Assembly (NCBI GenBank): GCA_963664115.2
Contig: CAXWPJ010000010.1
Coordinates: forward strand, 416,001 to 480,000
DNA: 64,000 nt
Direction: 5' to 3'
Source: Terriglobia bacterium
GTDB lineage: Bacteria; Acidobacteriota; Terriglobia; 20CM-2-55-15
Below the pieces are notes generated by a model. That model was given only the letters and a program-made list of their open reading frames with translations. It was not told the origin of the DNA and did not search any database. Both the position numbers and the translations under genes were made by a program. Below, piece by piece: positions 19,107 through 28,222 of this stretch. Position 1 is the first letter of the stretch, and each line of letters begins with the position of its first letter.

Positions 19107-19859
19107 TTAAGCCCCGGGAAAGGTCGGTGGATTTTCGTGATCGGCGCCAGGCAACGACAGCATGTGTGGCGCATCCACTTCGTTATCCGCACAACGCGCC
19201 GGCAACAGGCGTGGAAAGTCGACCCGAGCCATGGCCAGCTGATACGTCCAGGGTTTCGTGAAGAACTCCGGGTCTTCCACGGTCACGGTCCAATTAAATG
19301 TGTCCGGTCCGGTCTTGTCGAAACGCTCGACCAGGTGCAATTGCTCACTGTGCATCAGGCCGCCCCGATCCAGCCAGGTCTCGGGTCGCATCCCGAACGT
19401 ATCCAAAACCAGGGTATCGCCCTCCCATCGGCCGGTCGTATGTCCCATCCACGACGGATATTCCAATAGGTCATCGGGATGTTCAGCATCCATGTAGGCG
19501 ATGCGATGGTCAATGTGCTCCATTACAAACGCAACCACATCCTCACCCATCACGATCATGTACGGGTTAGAAGCGGCCATCGCGCGGTTGGGGCCATAGG
19601 GCTGGCAAGTATTTCCGAGGAAGTTTCCATGGTCGACGGCCAGATACCTTTCCTCGCCGTACTCTGTGAGAGAAATCTCCTCTCCTGGAAGCAAAAACTG
19701 GGTGAGGTCGGCGGTGAAATACTGCCAGATGCCATTAAAATCCCTAGCATCAGACTGGGCTTCCGTTGCGTCACCACCTGTCGCGGGCTGTCCCGCGCAA
19801 GAAGCAACGATCAGGACCAGCGCACTCCACATAACTAATTTCAGGGCAGGTTTGCTCAT
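19107..19859 (-). CDS. Lipoprotein, hypothetical (GRWEGDTLV family)
   Basis: Start at MSKPALK with lipobox VASC; CQPYGP, GRWEGDTLVLDT and DPEFFTKPW motifs. Confidence 0.8.
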   Translation of the reverse strand: MSKPALKLVMWSALVLIVASCAGQPATGGDATEAQSDARDFNGIWQYFTADLTQFLLPGEEISLTEYGEERYLAVDHGNFLGNTCQPYGPNRAMAASNPYMIVMGEDVVAFVMEHIDHRIAYMDAEHPDDLLEYPSWMGHTTGRWEGDTLVLDTFGMRPETWLDRGGLMHSEQLHLVERFDKTGPDTFNWTVTVEDPEFFTKPWTYQLAMARVDFPRLLPARCADNEVDAPHMLSLPGADHENPPTFPGA

Positions 19860-20024
19860 CGTGATCCTCCGTTCCGGATACTGACCCAGACCGCCTAGCG
19901 GCCCGGGACTGTTCTCGAAACAACTCCAAGGGATGCCGTCACAGGTGAAAACACAACTCACCTGTGACGAAAACGTGTGGGCGCGAGCCTCGTCGGCTGG
20001 TTCAGGACGTCTCTAGGGAGTACC

Positions 20025-20426
20025 CTAGTTTCTTCCGCTAAAAAGCTGCCGCCCATCTTCCATTGTTACGGATCCAAGGTGCACCCTCGGCGATCCGTTT
20101 CTGGATGGAGCTGCTCCTTCTATCGTGACGACGGATCCGATCGGCAAGACATCCTTTCGCCATCCCCGACGGTAGAGGCTGTTGGGTGTGCCCCCTTCGA
20201 CCGCATAGTTCACGACATTGCCGTTTTCGTCCGTCACATCAATGTAGAAGTGAATGTGGGGATTCATCCATTCCATTTTCGTGACTGTGCCGGTCATGCT
20301 GACCTCAGCATCATCTGCCACGTTATAAACAGTAGCGGCATTGTGGTGGGCGAAAAGAGGGAGGCTCATCAAGACGACTCCCAAACCCAATACCAGAGAA
20401 ATACGTACACTCGACATCGTAAACAC
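20025..20426 (-). CDS. DUF6152-like secreted protein
   Basis: Signal peptide followed by AHH; GTVTKMEWMNPH and EGGTPNSLYRRG. Confidence 0.8.
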   Translation of the reverse strand: MFTMSSVRISLVLGLGVVLMSLPLFAHHNAATVYNVADDAEVSMTGTVTKMEWMNPHIHFYIDVTDENGNVVNYAVEGGTPNSLYRRGWRKDVLPIGSVVTIEGAAPSRNGSPRVHLGSVTMEDGRQLFSGRN

Positions 20427-20576
20427 CTCCTGCTGCGGTCAAGTCCCTAAGTGAATAAGCCAAGATTATTACGTGGCCAATATTAAGTGTCAAGCATCAT
20501 GAGTACGTGATGGGCCGAACAGCACGATGGTGTCTGACGTAACCTGGGCGAGCGACCGCGGGGTTCGCCACCTCGA

Positions 20577-23009
20577 TCAGAACTGAAATCTCATTCCGAC
20601 CTCGATTTGCCGCGGTGAGGTCGCGTTGAAAGACCTTCCGAAGAAGGGAGACCTCAGGACACCGCTGGGTGTTCCCAAGTGCGTCATGTTGAAGGCGTTG
20701 CTGAGATTTGCAAAGACATTCATTCTGGGTCCGGCGCCTGCAGCGCCCGAGGCGTCGCCTCTGAATTCAATGGCTTTCGAGACGTTGAAGCTGACATCGA
20801 AATAATTCGGTCCGAGTTCGCTGTTCTTGACGACCCCTTCAGGCCGGTCGTTACTTACGCCATCGCCGTTGTCATCCCGACCCGTGGTAATCGTATATCG
20901 CCTGCCGCTACGTGCCCCGACGACCGTGGTCAGGTACACGTCGAGCGGCAACCGCGAATTGACGCTCACATTGAACGTATGCGAGGGGTTGTTGGTCCGT
21001 CCCCACTCCTTCCAAACATTGCGGCTATCGACCGGCAAGCTCAGGCCCGTGCTCGGCTGATCGTGGAGTCCGTGGTAATACATATAGTCCGCGGTGACAT
21101 TGAAGACGCTGATACGCTGCCGCATGGTGGCCTTGAAATGCTGATGGGTCGACAGGCCGCCTTCGAGTTGGACAATCTGGCCTTCGTCGGGAAAGGGCCG
21201 GAGGCCCGTTTCAGGAAACGGCGCGTTCAAGTCCCGGACACGCTGGGCTTTGATTCCACGGCTCCTGTCGTAGGCTACCGTGACGAAAATATTATGGGGC
21301 AGGCTCTGCTCCAGTTGCAGTTGTACCACTGCGAAATACGAGTTTCTCAAATCAGGCGCAATCTGGTTGCGGGACGGGGGCCTGATGCTGCCTGATGAGA
21401 ACGGGTCGGGCCAACCCGGGTTGTCGATCTGGATCTCGTACCGCCGTTGTCCATCCAGCTTGCTGTACGTCTTCAAAGTGCGAAAATTCCACGGGTTCGT
21501 GAAGATAGCCCCACCGCCGCGGATAACCGTCGAGTTGCCGATCGCGTATGCAAAACCGATGCGTGGATCCACGTTATTCCGGTCGGAGATGCTGGTTTGC
21601 ACGAAATAACGTATGCCCAGCATCAGCGTGAAGGTCGGCGTGAGCTTGAAATCGTTCTGGGAGAAAAAAACAAGGTGCGTGTCGCTGATGTTAAACGAGG
21701 GTTCGCAGCATTTGATCCGGTACTTCAGCGGTGTTCCGGCCCGGTAGCTTTCCAGATCCGAAAACGTGAATTCGCCAAAGAAATTGTCTTCCGAAACCGA
21801 ATGTTCGCTCCGGTGCCAACCTCGAAATCCGCTTCGCATCGTCAGGTTTTCACCGGCATAGTAAATCAGGTTGTTCAGTTCGTAGTCGTTTCCGTTGATC
21901 AGGTCCCGGTTCTGTGAGCCCCCTCCGGTGAAGGCGTCCTTGACAACAATCCCCAGGGCATTGCTTAGGGGAGTGGTTTCGCTGCGATCTTTCCGCCAGA
22001 TGAAGTGGAGATCGTGCACGGTGCGCTCGGAAAGAATGGAGACTGCGCGAAGATCGACGACATGGTCTTGGGTCTCAGTGTGGGAAGCGCGTTCGGGCAG
22101 GCTGAAATTGCCCACGTTATCGTTCTCGATGTCATGGGTGGCGTACTGGAAACGCATGTGCAGTGAATGTGCGTCCGCAATCTGCAGCACGCCCCGGGTG
22201 TCGTAGGACCGGAACAACACGGGCCGGGTGACGCCGAGCGAAAAAGGCCCGTCCGGTGTTTCGGCCTTGACCGTGCCGACATTTTCCCGTCTGTTGTCCC
22301 TGAGGGCGAAGTTCAATGAGAGGCGATCTTGAATGACGGGACCGCTGATGTCGCCGTTGAGGGTCCGTTCATAGTAGGGCGGTTTATTGACCGCGAAGGG
22401 ATTTCGGGCGTTCAGGGCCTCGTCCTGGAAGGTTGCCGCGAAATTGCCGTGAAAGGCGCCGACACCGCCGCGCTCGATTACTTCGGTTCTCGCGCCGCCT
22501 TCATGCAGGCCCCCGGATCCGTTAGCGGTGGCGGTTTCGACATTAAACGGGTTATTCGTCACGCGGATCTGTTGGATGCGTCCGCTCCCTGCACTCCCAT
22601 CCCCGGAATCCCCCACATAAAATGCCACGTCCTGTTCACTCTGGTAGTTCTCCCAGGCGCGTCTCTGCGCCGGGGTCATGTAAGCAGGAAGCTTGCTATT
22701 CAACGCGTCATACATAAACCGGATGCCGGCCAGGGCCTGATCCTGCTGCTCGCCCTGCGGCGGTCCCTGGCTGAAATCCCAGGTTGCGCCAAACAGGTTT
22801 TCCGCAGCCTGACGCTCCACTTCGATGAGCAGTGCCAACTGCCTTTCCTGATCTGATGTGAGAGGCACCTGCGCATCCGCCAATGCCTCGGTCACCTGGT
22901 CTTTCAGCTCGTCGATGGGATTGCGGGCGGTCAGTTGCCCAAAGGCAGCGGTGGCGAACAAGATACAAATCAAGGCAGGACGCATCACGTTCATGCTAGC
23001 ACGCCCCAT
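20577..23009 (-). CDS. TonB-dependent-receptor-like protein (paralog of 16235-18880)
   Basis: 810 aa; LNARNPFA, FSQNDFK, DPRIGFAY, TGRDDNGDG and terminal RFQF. Confidence 0.85.
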   Translation of the reverse strand: MGRASMNVMRPALICILFATAAFGQLTARNPIDELKDQVTEALADAQVPLTSDQERQLALLIEVERQAAENLFGATWDFSQGPPQGEQQDQALAGIRFMYDALNSKLPAYMTPAQRRAWENYQSEQDVAFYVGDSGDGSAGSGRIQQIRVTNNPFNVETATANGSGGLHEGGARTEVIERGGVGAFHGNFAATFQDEALNARNPFAVNKPPYYERTLNGDISGPVIQDRLSLNFALRDNRRENVGTVKAETPDGPFSLGVTRPVLFRSYDTRGVLQIADAHSLHMRFQYATHDIENDNVGNFSLPERASHTETQDHVVDLRAVSILSERTVHDLHFIWRKDRSETTPLSNALGIVVKDAFTGGGSQNRDLINGNDYELNNLIYYAGENLTMRSGFRGWHRSEHSVSEDNFFGEFTFSDLESYRAGTPLKYRIKCCEPSFNISDTHLVFFSQNDFKLTPTFTLMLGIRYFVQTSISDRNNVDPRIGFAYAIGNSTVIRGGGAIFTNPWNFRTLKTYSKLDGQRRYEIQIDNPGWPDPFSSGSIRPPSRNQIAPDLRNSYFAVVQLQLEQSLPHNIFVTVAYDRSRGIKAQRVRDLNAPFPETGLRPFPDEGQIVQLEGGLSTHQHFKATMRQRISVFNVTADYMYYHGLHDQPSTGLSLPVDSRNVWKEWGRTNNPSHTFNVSVNSRLPLDVYLTTVVGARSGRRYTITTGRDDNGDGVSNDRPEGVVKNSELGPNYFDVSFNVSKAIEFRGDASGAAGAGPRMNVFANLSNAFNMTHLGTPSGVLRSPFFGRSFNATSPRQIEVGMRFQF

Positions 23010-23418
23010 TACGCGGGTCTTGAGAGAAAAGATAGACGCGTCTGGGACTATTTGGATTTCTAAAGTATTGGATTAAAACATATTGCGATCGAATGCAGAT
23101 TCAATCAGAATTCGATCCTGATTCCACCTTTTCAAACCAGTTTAGCAGCCCGTGAACCCTGGGTCTCAAGCAGATACTCCAGGATTGCCTGACGGATTTC
23201 GGGCATCGGTTTCTCCATGCCCTGTTCCTCGACCATTTCACCGATCACCCGGTTCCACTGGGACAGCGTCAATTGAGGCGTCGCATCGTGATCGACGTGT
23301 ACCTTGGAATGGGCTGGACAAATCCGGGTAAATATTACTAGGGGCAGGGGTTATAAGCACGGAAGATGTTGCATCCTGCTGTCGATATCATAGGATTTAT
23401 CAGGATCTGAGAGTTTGA

Positions 23419-23447
23419 TTGCACCTAACTCCCTCCCTGAGTATTCT
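23419..23447 (+). promoter_or_regulatory. Putative sigma70 promoter
   Basis: TTGCAC-N17-TATTCT; nearly identical to 16065-16093. Confidence 0.55.
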
Positions 23448-23570
23448 TTAGCGAGTTGTTGCGTTGGTTTCGCAACACACACAACGATGCAATTCGGCTC
23501 GCAACATTTATTTGTCGCGATGGACAAGCTGGTAGCTTGTGAATCACGAATGCTGATAGGAGGGTTATCG

Positions 23571-24056
23571 ATGCGCGGTCTTTTCTTGTTTGTCGTGGGA
23601 ATTATGGTCGGTCTGGCCGTTCAGTCTGCTGTTGCCCAGAACCAGAACAGCGGAATTGTGGGCCTGAATCATGTCGCACTCAGCGTCCCGGACATTGACG
23701 CTGCTGTGGAGCACTACACCGGGACGATGGGATTTCCTGAGGCGTTTCGGGTCACGGACGAAAACGGACAGGTCAGGCTGGTTTATGTCCAGATCAGTCG
23801 AAACACCTTCGTGGAGCTGCAACCGGCCAACCCGAACAGGCCACCGGGGATAAATCATTTGGGCCTGCACGTCGAGAATATGGGCGCGGCCACTGAGATG
23901 TTCAAACAGCGGGGAGCGAATGTCAGTGAGATTCGTAACAGCGACACCGGAGCCATCCTGTCGAACATCCTCGACCCCAACGGCGTCCGCATCGAGCTCG
24001 CCGAGTTGCCCCCCGAGTCGCTGCACCGGCAGGCGATGGAACGCTGGAATAGGTAA
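23571..24056 (+). CDS. Secreted VOC (glyoxalase-like) family protein
   Basis: GGAGG RBS and signal peptide; LNHVALSV, FVEL, INHLGL and DPNGVRIEL motifs. Confidence 0.85.
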   Translation: MRGLFLFVVGIMVGLAVQSAVAQNQNSGIVGLNHVALSVPDIDAAVEHYTGTMGFPEAFRVTDENGQVRLVYVQISRNTFVELQPANPNRPPGINHLGLHVENMGAATEMFKQRGANVSEIRNSDTGAILSNILDPNGVRIELAELPPESLHRQAMERWNR

Positions 24057-24272
24057 GCGCAAGAGCGGTTGAGCGAGGAATGCAGCGAGACAAGCGGTCT
24101 CTGAAAAAACCAGGGATCGCCTTATCGCGTCGTGCCTGTCCAAGCGACTGGCAGACAGGAAAAAACTCGCCCCGACAGGCGTGCCGTTATAACATGTGCC
24201 TATTCCAGTCTGTAGATCCAAGGGGACCCATGATTCCGGATACGACGGGATGAGGGTTTGGGAGAATCAACG

Positions 24273-24917
24273 ATGCGCCTGATTCCAGTTATTGCAGTTG
24301 TGCTAAGCCTGTTTGTTCAGTGCCCTTCCTTTGCGCAGGGGTGGATTAATTATTCCAATCAGGAAGATTTCTTCACGGTCAATTTCCCGGGTGAACCTGA
24401 AGTGGCTGACATCACCTACGACACGGAGTATTTCATCACCTTACCGGGGCGCGTCTATAGCCACGAGGATAGCGGGAGCCGCTATTCGGTCACCGTCATT
24501 GACTACACGGATGCCGCCCAAAGGCACACAGAGCTAGTGGATAGCTGCCGAGCCCGGGGAGGAGATGGGGACAGTTGCGCTAACCGTTTGGCGACGGATT
24601 TGCAGGGAGCGATCATCTATGCGTCGTGGGACTTTTTGAAGAGAGACGACGCCGACTTAACGCATTTTGTATACACACAGGCGGACCGTGTTGCAGGCCA
24701 TGCCCTGCAGTTCGACAACGCCGATGGAACCCGTACGTACGTGGCTATCCATATGCACGAAGACCGTCTCTATATCCTGGATGGAACCGTGTCCGTGAAT
24801 TCAGTACCGCCGTCCTTGTTCCAGCAATCCATGGGATTCCTTGACGCGGAGGGGAATTCGATTCGATATGATTCCGCCTATACCAACGGATATCCACCAC
24901 CCAGGCGTGCCAGATGA
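24273..24917 (+). CDS. Secreted hypothetical protein
   Basis: Signal peptide MRLIPVIAVV...AQ, FTVNFPGEP motif and one Cys pair. Confidence 0.75.
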   Translation: MRLIPVIAVVLSLFVQCPSFAQGWINYSNQEDFFTVNFPGEPEVADITYDTEYFITLPGRVYSHEDSGSRYSVTVIDYTDAAQRHTELVDSCRARGGDGDSCANRLATDLQGAIIYASWDFLKRDDADLTHFVYTQADRVAGHALQFDNADGTRTYVAIHMHEDRLYILDGTVSVNSVPPSLFQQSMGFLDAEGNSIRYDSAYTNGYPPPRRAR

Positions 24918-24982
24918 CCGCCCGTGGGTGACTCGATATGGAAAATCGTTCAACCGTTTCTTTCGATTCTAGAGAGGTGAGC

Positions 24983-25375
24983 ATGCAGTTCAAATCCTTT
25001 AGCCTGGCTATCATTTGTGTGGTTGCCCTGGCCGTGCCGGTTCTGGCACACCACTCCCACGGCAACTACGACGCATCGACGTGGACCATGTATGAGGGTA
25101 CGGTCAGAGAAGTGCACTTGATCCGTCCGCACTCCTGGATTTACATGGATATCGAGGACGACCGAGGTCAGAGCGTCCTGTGGGCTATGGAGGCCGCCGG
25201 TCCCAACAGAATCCAAGGAAACGGAGTCAACTCCGACGACATCAAACCCGGAGATACGATCCAGGTGCGATGCCATCGCCAGAGGGACGGCGGTCCCGGC
25301 TGTCTCTTAGGGTTTGTCACACCTCTACATGGGGATGCGGCACGTGGCCACGGCGTCGAGATGTTGTGGGACTAG
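24983..25375 (+). CDS. DUF6152-like secreted protein
   Basis: AHHSHGNYD, GTVREVHLIRPHSW and IKPGDTI motifs. Confidence 0.8.
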   Translation: MQFKSFSLAIICVVALAVPVLAHHSHGNYDASTWTMYEGTVREVHLIRPHSWIYMDIEDDRGQSVLWAMEAAGPNRIQGNGVNSDDIKPGDTIQVRCHRQRDGGPGCLLGFVTPLHGDAARGHGVEMLWD

Positions 25376-25387
25376 CAAGGAGGTAAT

Positions 25388-25879
25388 GTGCTTCCAACGC
25401 TACGGGCTCTGGCGGTACTCGGAATTTTAACGACGCTGTCCCCCTTCGCGAATGCCCAGGGTGTAGTGATGCAGCGCAACCTGTCGCTGGAGATGGCAAA
25501 AACGATCGCCGAAGCCACCCTGGCGGAATGCCAATCCCGGGGCTTCAACACGTCCGTGGCCGTTGTAGACCGCGCCGGCCAGCCGATGGTGATGCTGCGT
25601 CCCGAAGCAGCGACGGCGCAAACGTTGGAAATGGCGCGGCGCAAGGCCTATACGGCGCGCATGTTCCGCAGAACGACTCTGGAATTTCAAGCCCGTACCG
25701 AAGACCCCGCCCGGGCCCCCCAACGCCAGATCTTCGACATCCTCGCCCTCGGCGGTGGCGTACCAATCCAGGTGGGCGACGACACGATCGGAGCGGTCGG
25801 CAGTGCGGGGTCCAACCAGGAGACAGACGATGCCTGCGCGAAGGCGGGGGTCGACAGTGTGCGAGACCTTTTGAGATAG
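25388..25879 (+). CDS. GlcG/HbpS family heme-binding protein
   Basis: VAVVDRAG, ARRKAYTA, GGGVPI and IGAVGSAG motifs; signal peptide. Confidence 0.9.
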   Translation: MLPTLRALAVLGILTTLSPFANAQGVVMQRNLSLEMAKTIAEATLAECQSRGFNTSVAVVDRAGQPMVMLRPEAATAQTLEMARRKAYTARMFRRTTLEFQARTEDPARAPQRQIFDILALGGGVPIQVGDDTIGAVGSAGSNQETDDACAKAGVDSVRDLLR

Positions 25880-25907
25880 AGATAGAAGCGCGGACTCCGT
25901 TGTAGGG

Positions 25908-27824
25908 TTGTCCATAATCAAGCGAATTCTGCAGGAGGGAAGTGAAGTGAAGAAGTCCAACAAGAGCAGTGCCAGCAAGAGCAGTGAAGGTGGGGTAGGG
26001 CGACGCAATTTTCTCAAGAACGCCGCCGGCGGTGCCATGGCCGCGGGTGCGGCGGCCTTGGTCGCAAAGCCGGTTGCGTCTGCGGCGGAAGCTGCGGCCC
26101 CCGAGCCATCGCCTGTCGTGCAGGTGAATTCGAACCAGAAGTATGGTTCCGATTTCATGGTGGACGTGCTCAAGTCCCTTGGAGTCGAGTACTGCGCCGC
26201 GAATACTTCCGCCAACTTCCTCGGCCTTCACGAGTCCATCATCAACTACGGTGGGAACCAGGGTCCGGAGTGGTTGACGGCATGCCACGAGGAGCATTCC
26301 GTTGCGATGGCCCAGGGCTACTTCAAGATCGAAGGCAAGCCGATGATGATCCTTGCCGATGCCACAGTAGGGTTGATGCACGCTTCGATGGCGGTCTACA
26401 ACGCATATGCTGATCGGGTCCCGGTTCTCCTTTTTCTGGGCAACAAACTCGATGTTACCGAGCGTGGAGGCTTCACAGGCGGTGCCCACGCCGCTCAGGA
26501 TCCTGCGGGCCTGGTTCGCGACTTCACTAAGTGGGACGACTCTCCGGTCTCACTCCAGCACTTTGCGGAGTCTGCGGTCCGGGCGTATCAGATTGCCATG
26601 ACGCCGCCCCAGGAGCCGGTGGCCATCCTGGTTGAATCGGTACTTGCGGATGCGGTGGCTCCGGAAGGCCTGAGAATTCCCAAATTAACACTCAACGCCC
26701 CACCGGCGGGCGATGCGCCGGCGGTGAAAGAAGCAGCGCGCATGCTGGTGGCCGCGGAAAATCCGCTGATCGTAGCGGGCCGCGTGGCCCGGACCCCCGA
26801 GGGGATCGATCTGCTCGTAGAACTGGCCGATGCCCTGCAGGCGCAGGTCTGGGACCAGCGCCAACGCATGAACTTCCCGACGAACAACCCGCTGTTCACT
26901 CAAAGGGATTCAGGGGCGGATGTAATCCTGGCCCTGGACGTCAGGGACCACTACGCGCTGGGCCACCGTGGAAACGCTAAGACAGACGCTCAAACGATCG
27001 GCATTTCGCCTGTGATTCTGAACCATAAGGCCGTTTATGGAGAGATCGGGCGTTATGCGGAAGCGGACCTGTCGATCCCCGCCGATCCGCAGGCAACCCT
27101 GCCGGCACTGATCGAAGAGGTGAAGCGTTTGACGACGGGTGACCGGAGGCGGGTCTTCGAGGAACGCGGCGCCAGCCACAGGGCGACACACCTTCGGGTG
27201 AAGGAACAGGCGCGCCGCGAAGCTGCGGTCGGATGGAACTCAATTCCCATCAGTACCGCGCGCTTGTCGGCGGAGATGTGGAACGTCATGAAGGACGAAG
27301 ACTGGTCTTTGGTGGGAAAAGATAGCTGGATCAGCTTCTGGCCGACCCGGCTGTGGGACTTTACGAAACCCTATCACTTCATCGGTGAGCAGGGCGCTTC
27401 CGGTATTGGTTATTCCGCGCCGGCCGCCGTCGGAGCTGCCCTGGCCAACAAAAAGTACGGGCGCATCAGCGTCAACATCCAGTGCGACGGCGATCTCAAC
27501 TATGTTTCGAGTGTCCTGTGGACAGCAGTCCATCACCAGATCCCTCTGCTCGAGGTCATGCACAATAACCGCGGATGGCATCAGGAAGTGATGGGTTTGA
27601 CGCGCACATGCGCCAATCGCAATCGAGGCATCGAGAACGCCCACATCGGCACCACGCTCATCGAGCCTCACATTGACTATGCGGGCCTGGCGAGATCCTA
27701 TGGGATGTACGCAGAAGGACCCATCGAAAACGCGAACGATCTCGGCCCCGCGCTCAGGCGCGGCATCCAACGGATAAAGGCCGGCGAGCCGGCGCTGATC
27801 GACGTCGTGACGCAGCCACGCTAG
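25908..27824 (+). CDS. Thiamine-diphosphate-binding enzyme with twin-arginine signal
   Basis: GRRNFLK Tat motif, HEEH catalytic Glu, DGDLNY...HNN ThDP-binding motif; the start is probably GTG near 25947. Confidence 0.9.
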   Translation: MSIIKRILQEGSEVKKSNKSSASKSSEGGVGRRNFLKNAAGGAMAAGAAALVAKPVASAAEAAAPEPSPVVQVNSNQKYGSDFMVDVLKSLGVEYCAANTSANFLGLHESIINYGGNQGPEWLTACHEEHSVAMAQGYFKIEGKPMMILADATVGLMHASMAVYNAYADRVPVLLFLGNKLDVTERGGFTGGAHAAQDPAGLVRDFTKWDDSPVSLQHFAESAVRAYQIAMTPPQEPVAILVESVLADAVAPEGLRIPKLTLNAPPAGDAPAVKEAARMLVAAENPLIVAGRVARTPEGIDLLVELADALQAQVWDQRQRMNFPTNNPLFTQRDSGADVILALDVRDHYALGHRGNAKTDAQTIGISPVILNHKAVYGEIGRYAEADLSIPADPQATLPALIEEVKRLTTGDRRRVFEERGASHRATHLRVKEQARREAAVGWNSIPISTARLSAEMWNVMKDEDWSLVGKDSWISFWPTRLWDFTKPYHFIGEQGASGIGYSAPAAVGAALANKKYGRISVNIQCDGDLNYVSSVLWTAVHHQIPLLEVMHNNRGWHQEVMGLTRTCANRNRGIENAHIGTTLIEPHIDYAGLARSYGMYAEGPIENANDLGPALRRGIQRIKAGEPALIDVVTQPR

Positions 27825-27835
27825 GAGAAGAGAAC

Positions 27836-28204
27836 ATGAAGCGCCTAGGATGGATTTGTTTGCCGTTTGCACTCGCGCTCGTCTCGCTGGGATCGGGCGC
27901 CCAGGCCCAGACCCGTGAGGCCGGCGCCGAGGGTGACGCTGTCGCTGGTAAAGAGCTCTTTCTGAAAAATTACTGCTGGTCCTGCCATGGCTATGCAGGC
28001 GCGGGTGCCGTGACTGGGCCGCGACTTGCCCAAACTCCGTATACATCCGAAGGTTTCACTGCTTTTATAAGGAATCCCGTCCGCATGCCGCCTTACAGAG
28101 CCGAGGTGTTGACGGATTCGGAAGCAGCGGACATCTTCGCTTATATTCGAACGTTTCCCCCGCCACCCCCGCTCGAAGACATTCCGCTGCTCGACCTGGA
28201 CTGA
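27836..28204 (+). CDS. Monoheme cytochrome c
   Basis: Signal peptide, CWSCH and MPPY; paralog of 13521-13901. Confidence 0.9.
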   Translation: MKRLGWICLPFALALVSLGSGAQAQTREAGAEGDAVAGKELFLKNYCWSCHGYAGAGAVTGPRLAQTPYTSEGFTAFIRNPVRMPPYRAEVLTDSEAADIFAYIRTFPPPPPLEDIPLLDLD

Positions 28205-28222
28205 AGGTTCGGGGGCGCTGCG

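Noticed and set aside
23150-23320. Possible cytochrome-like gene relic on the minus strand (LSQWNRVIGEMVEEQGM...ILEYL)
   Set aside because: No start codon or heme motif; too short to support.
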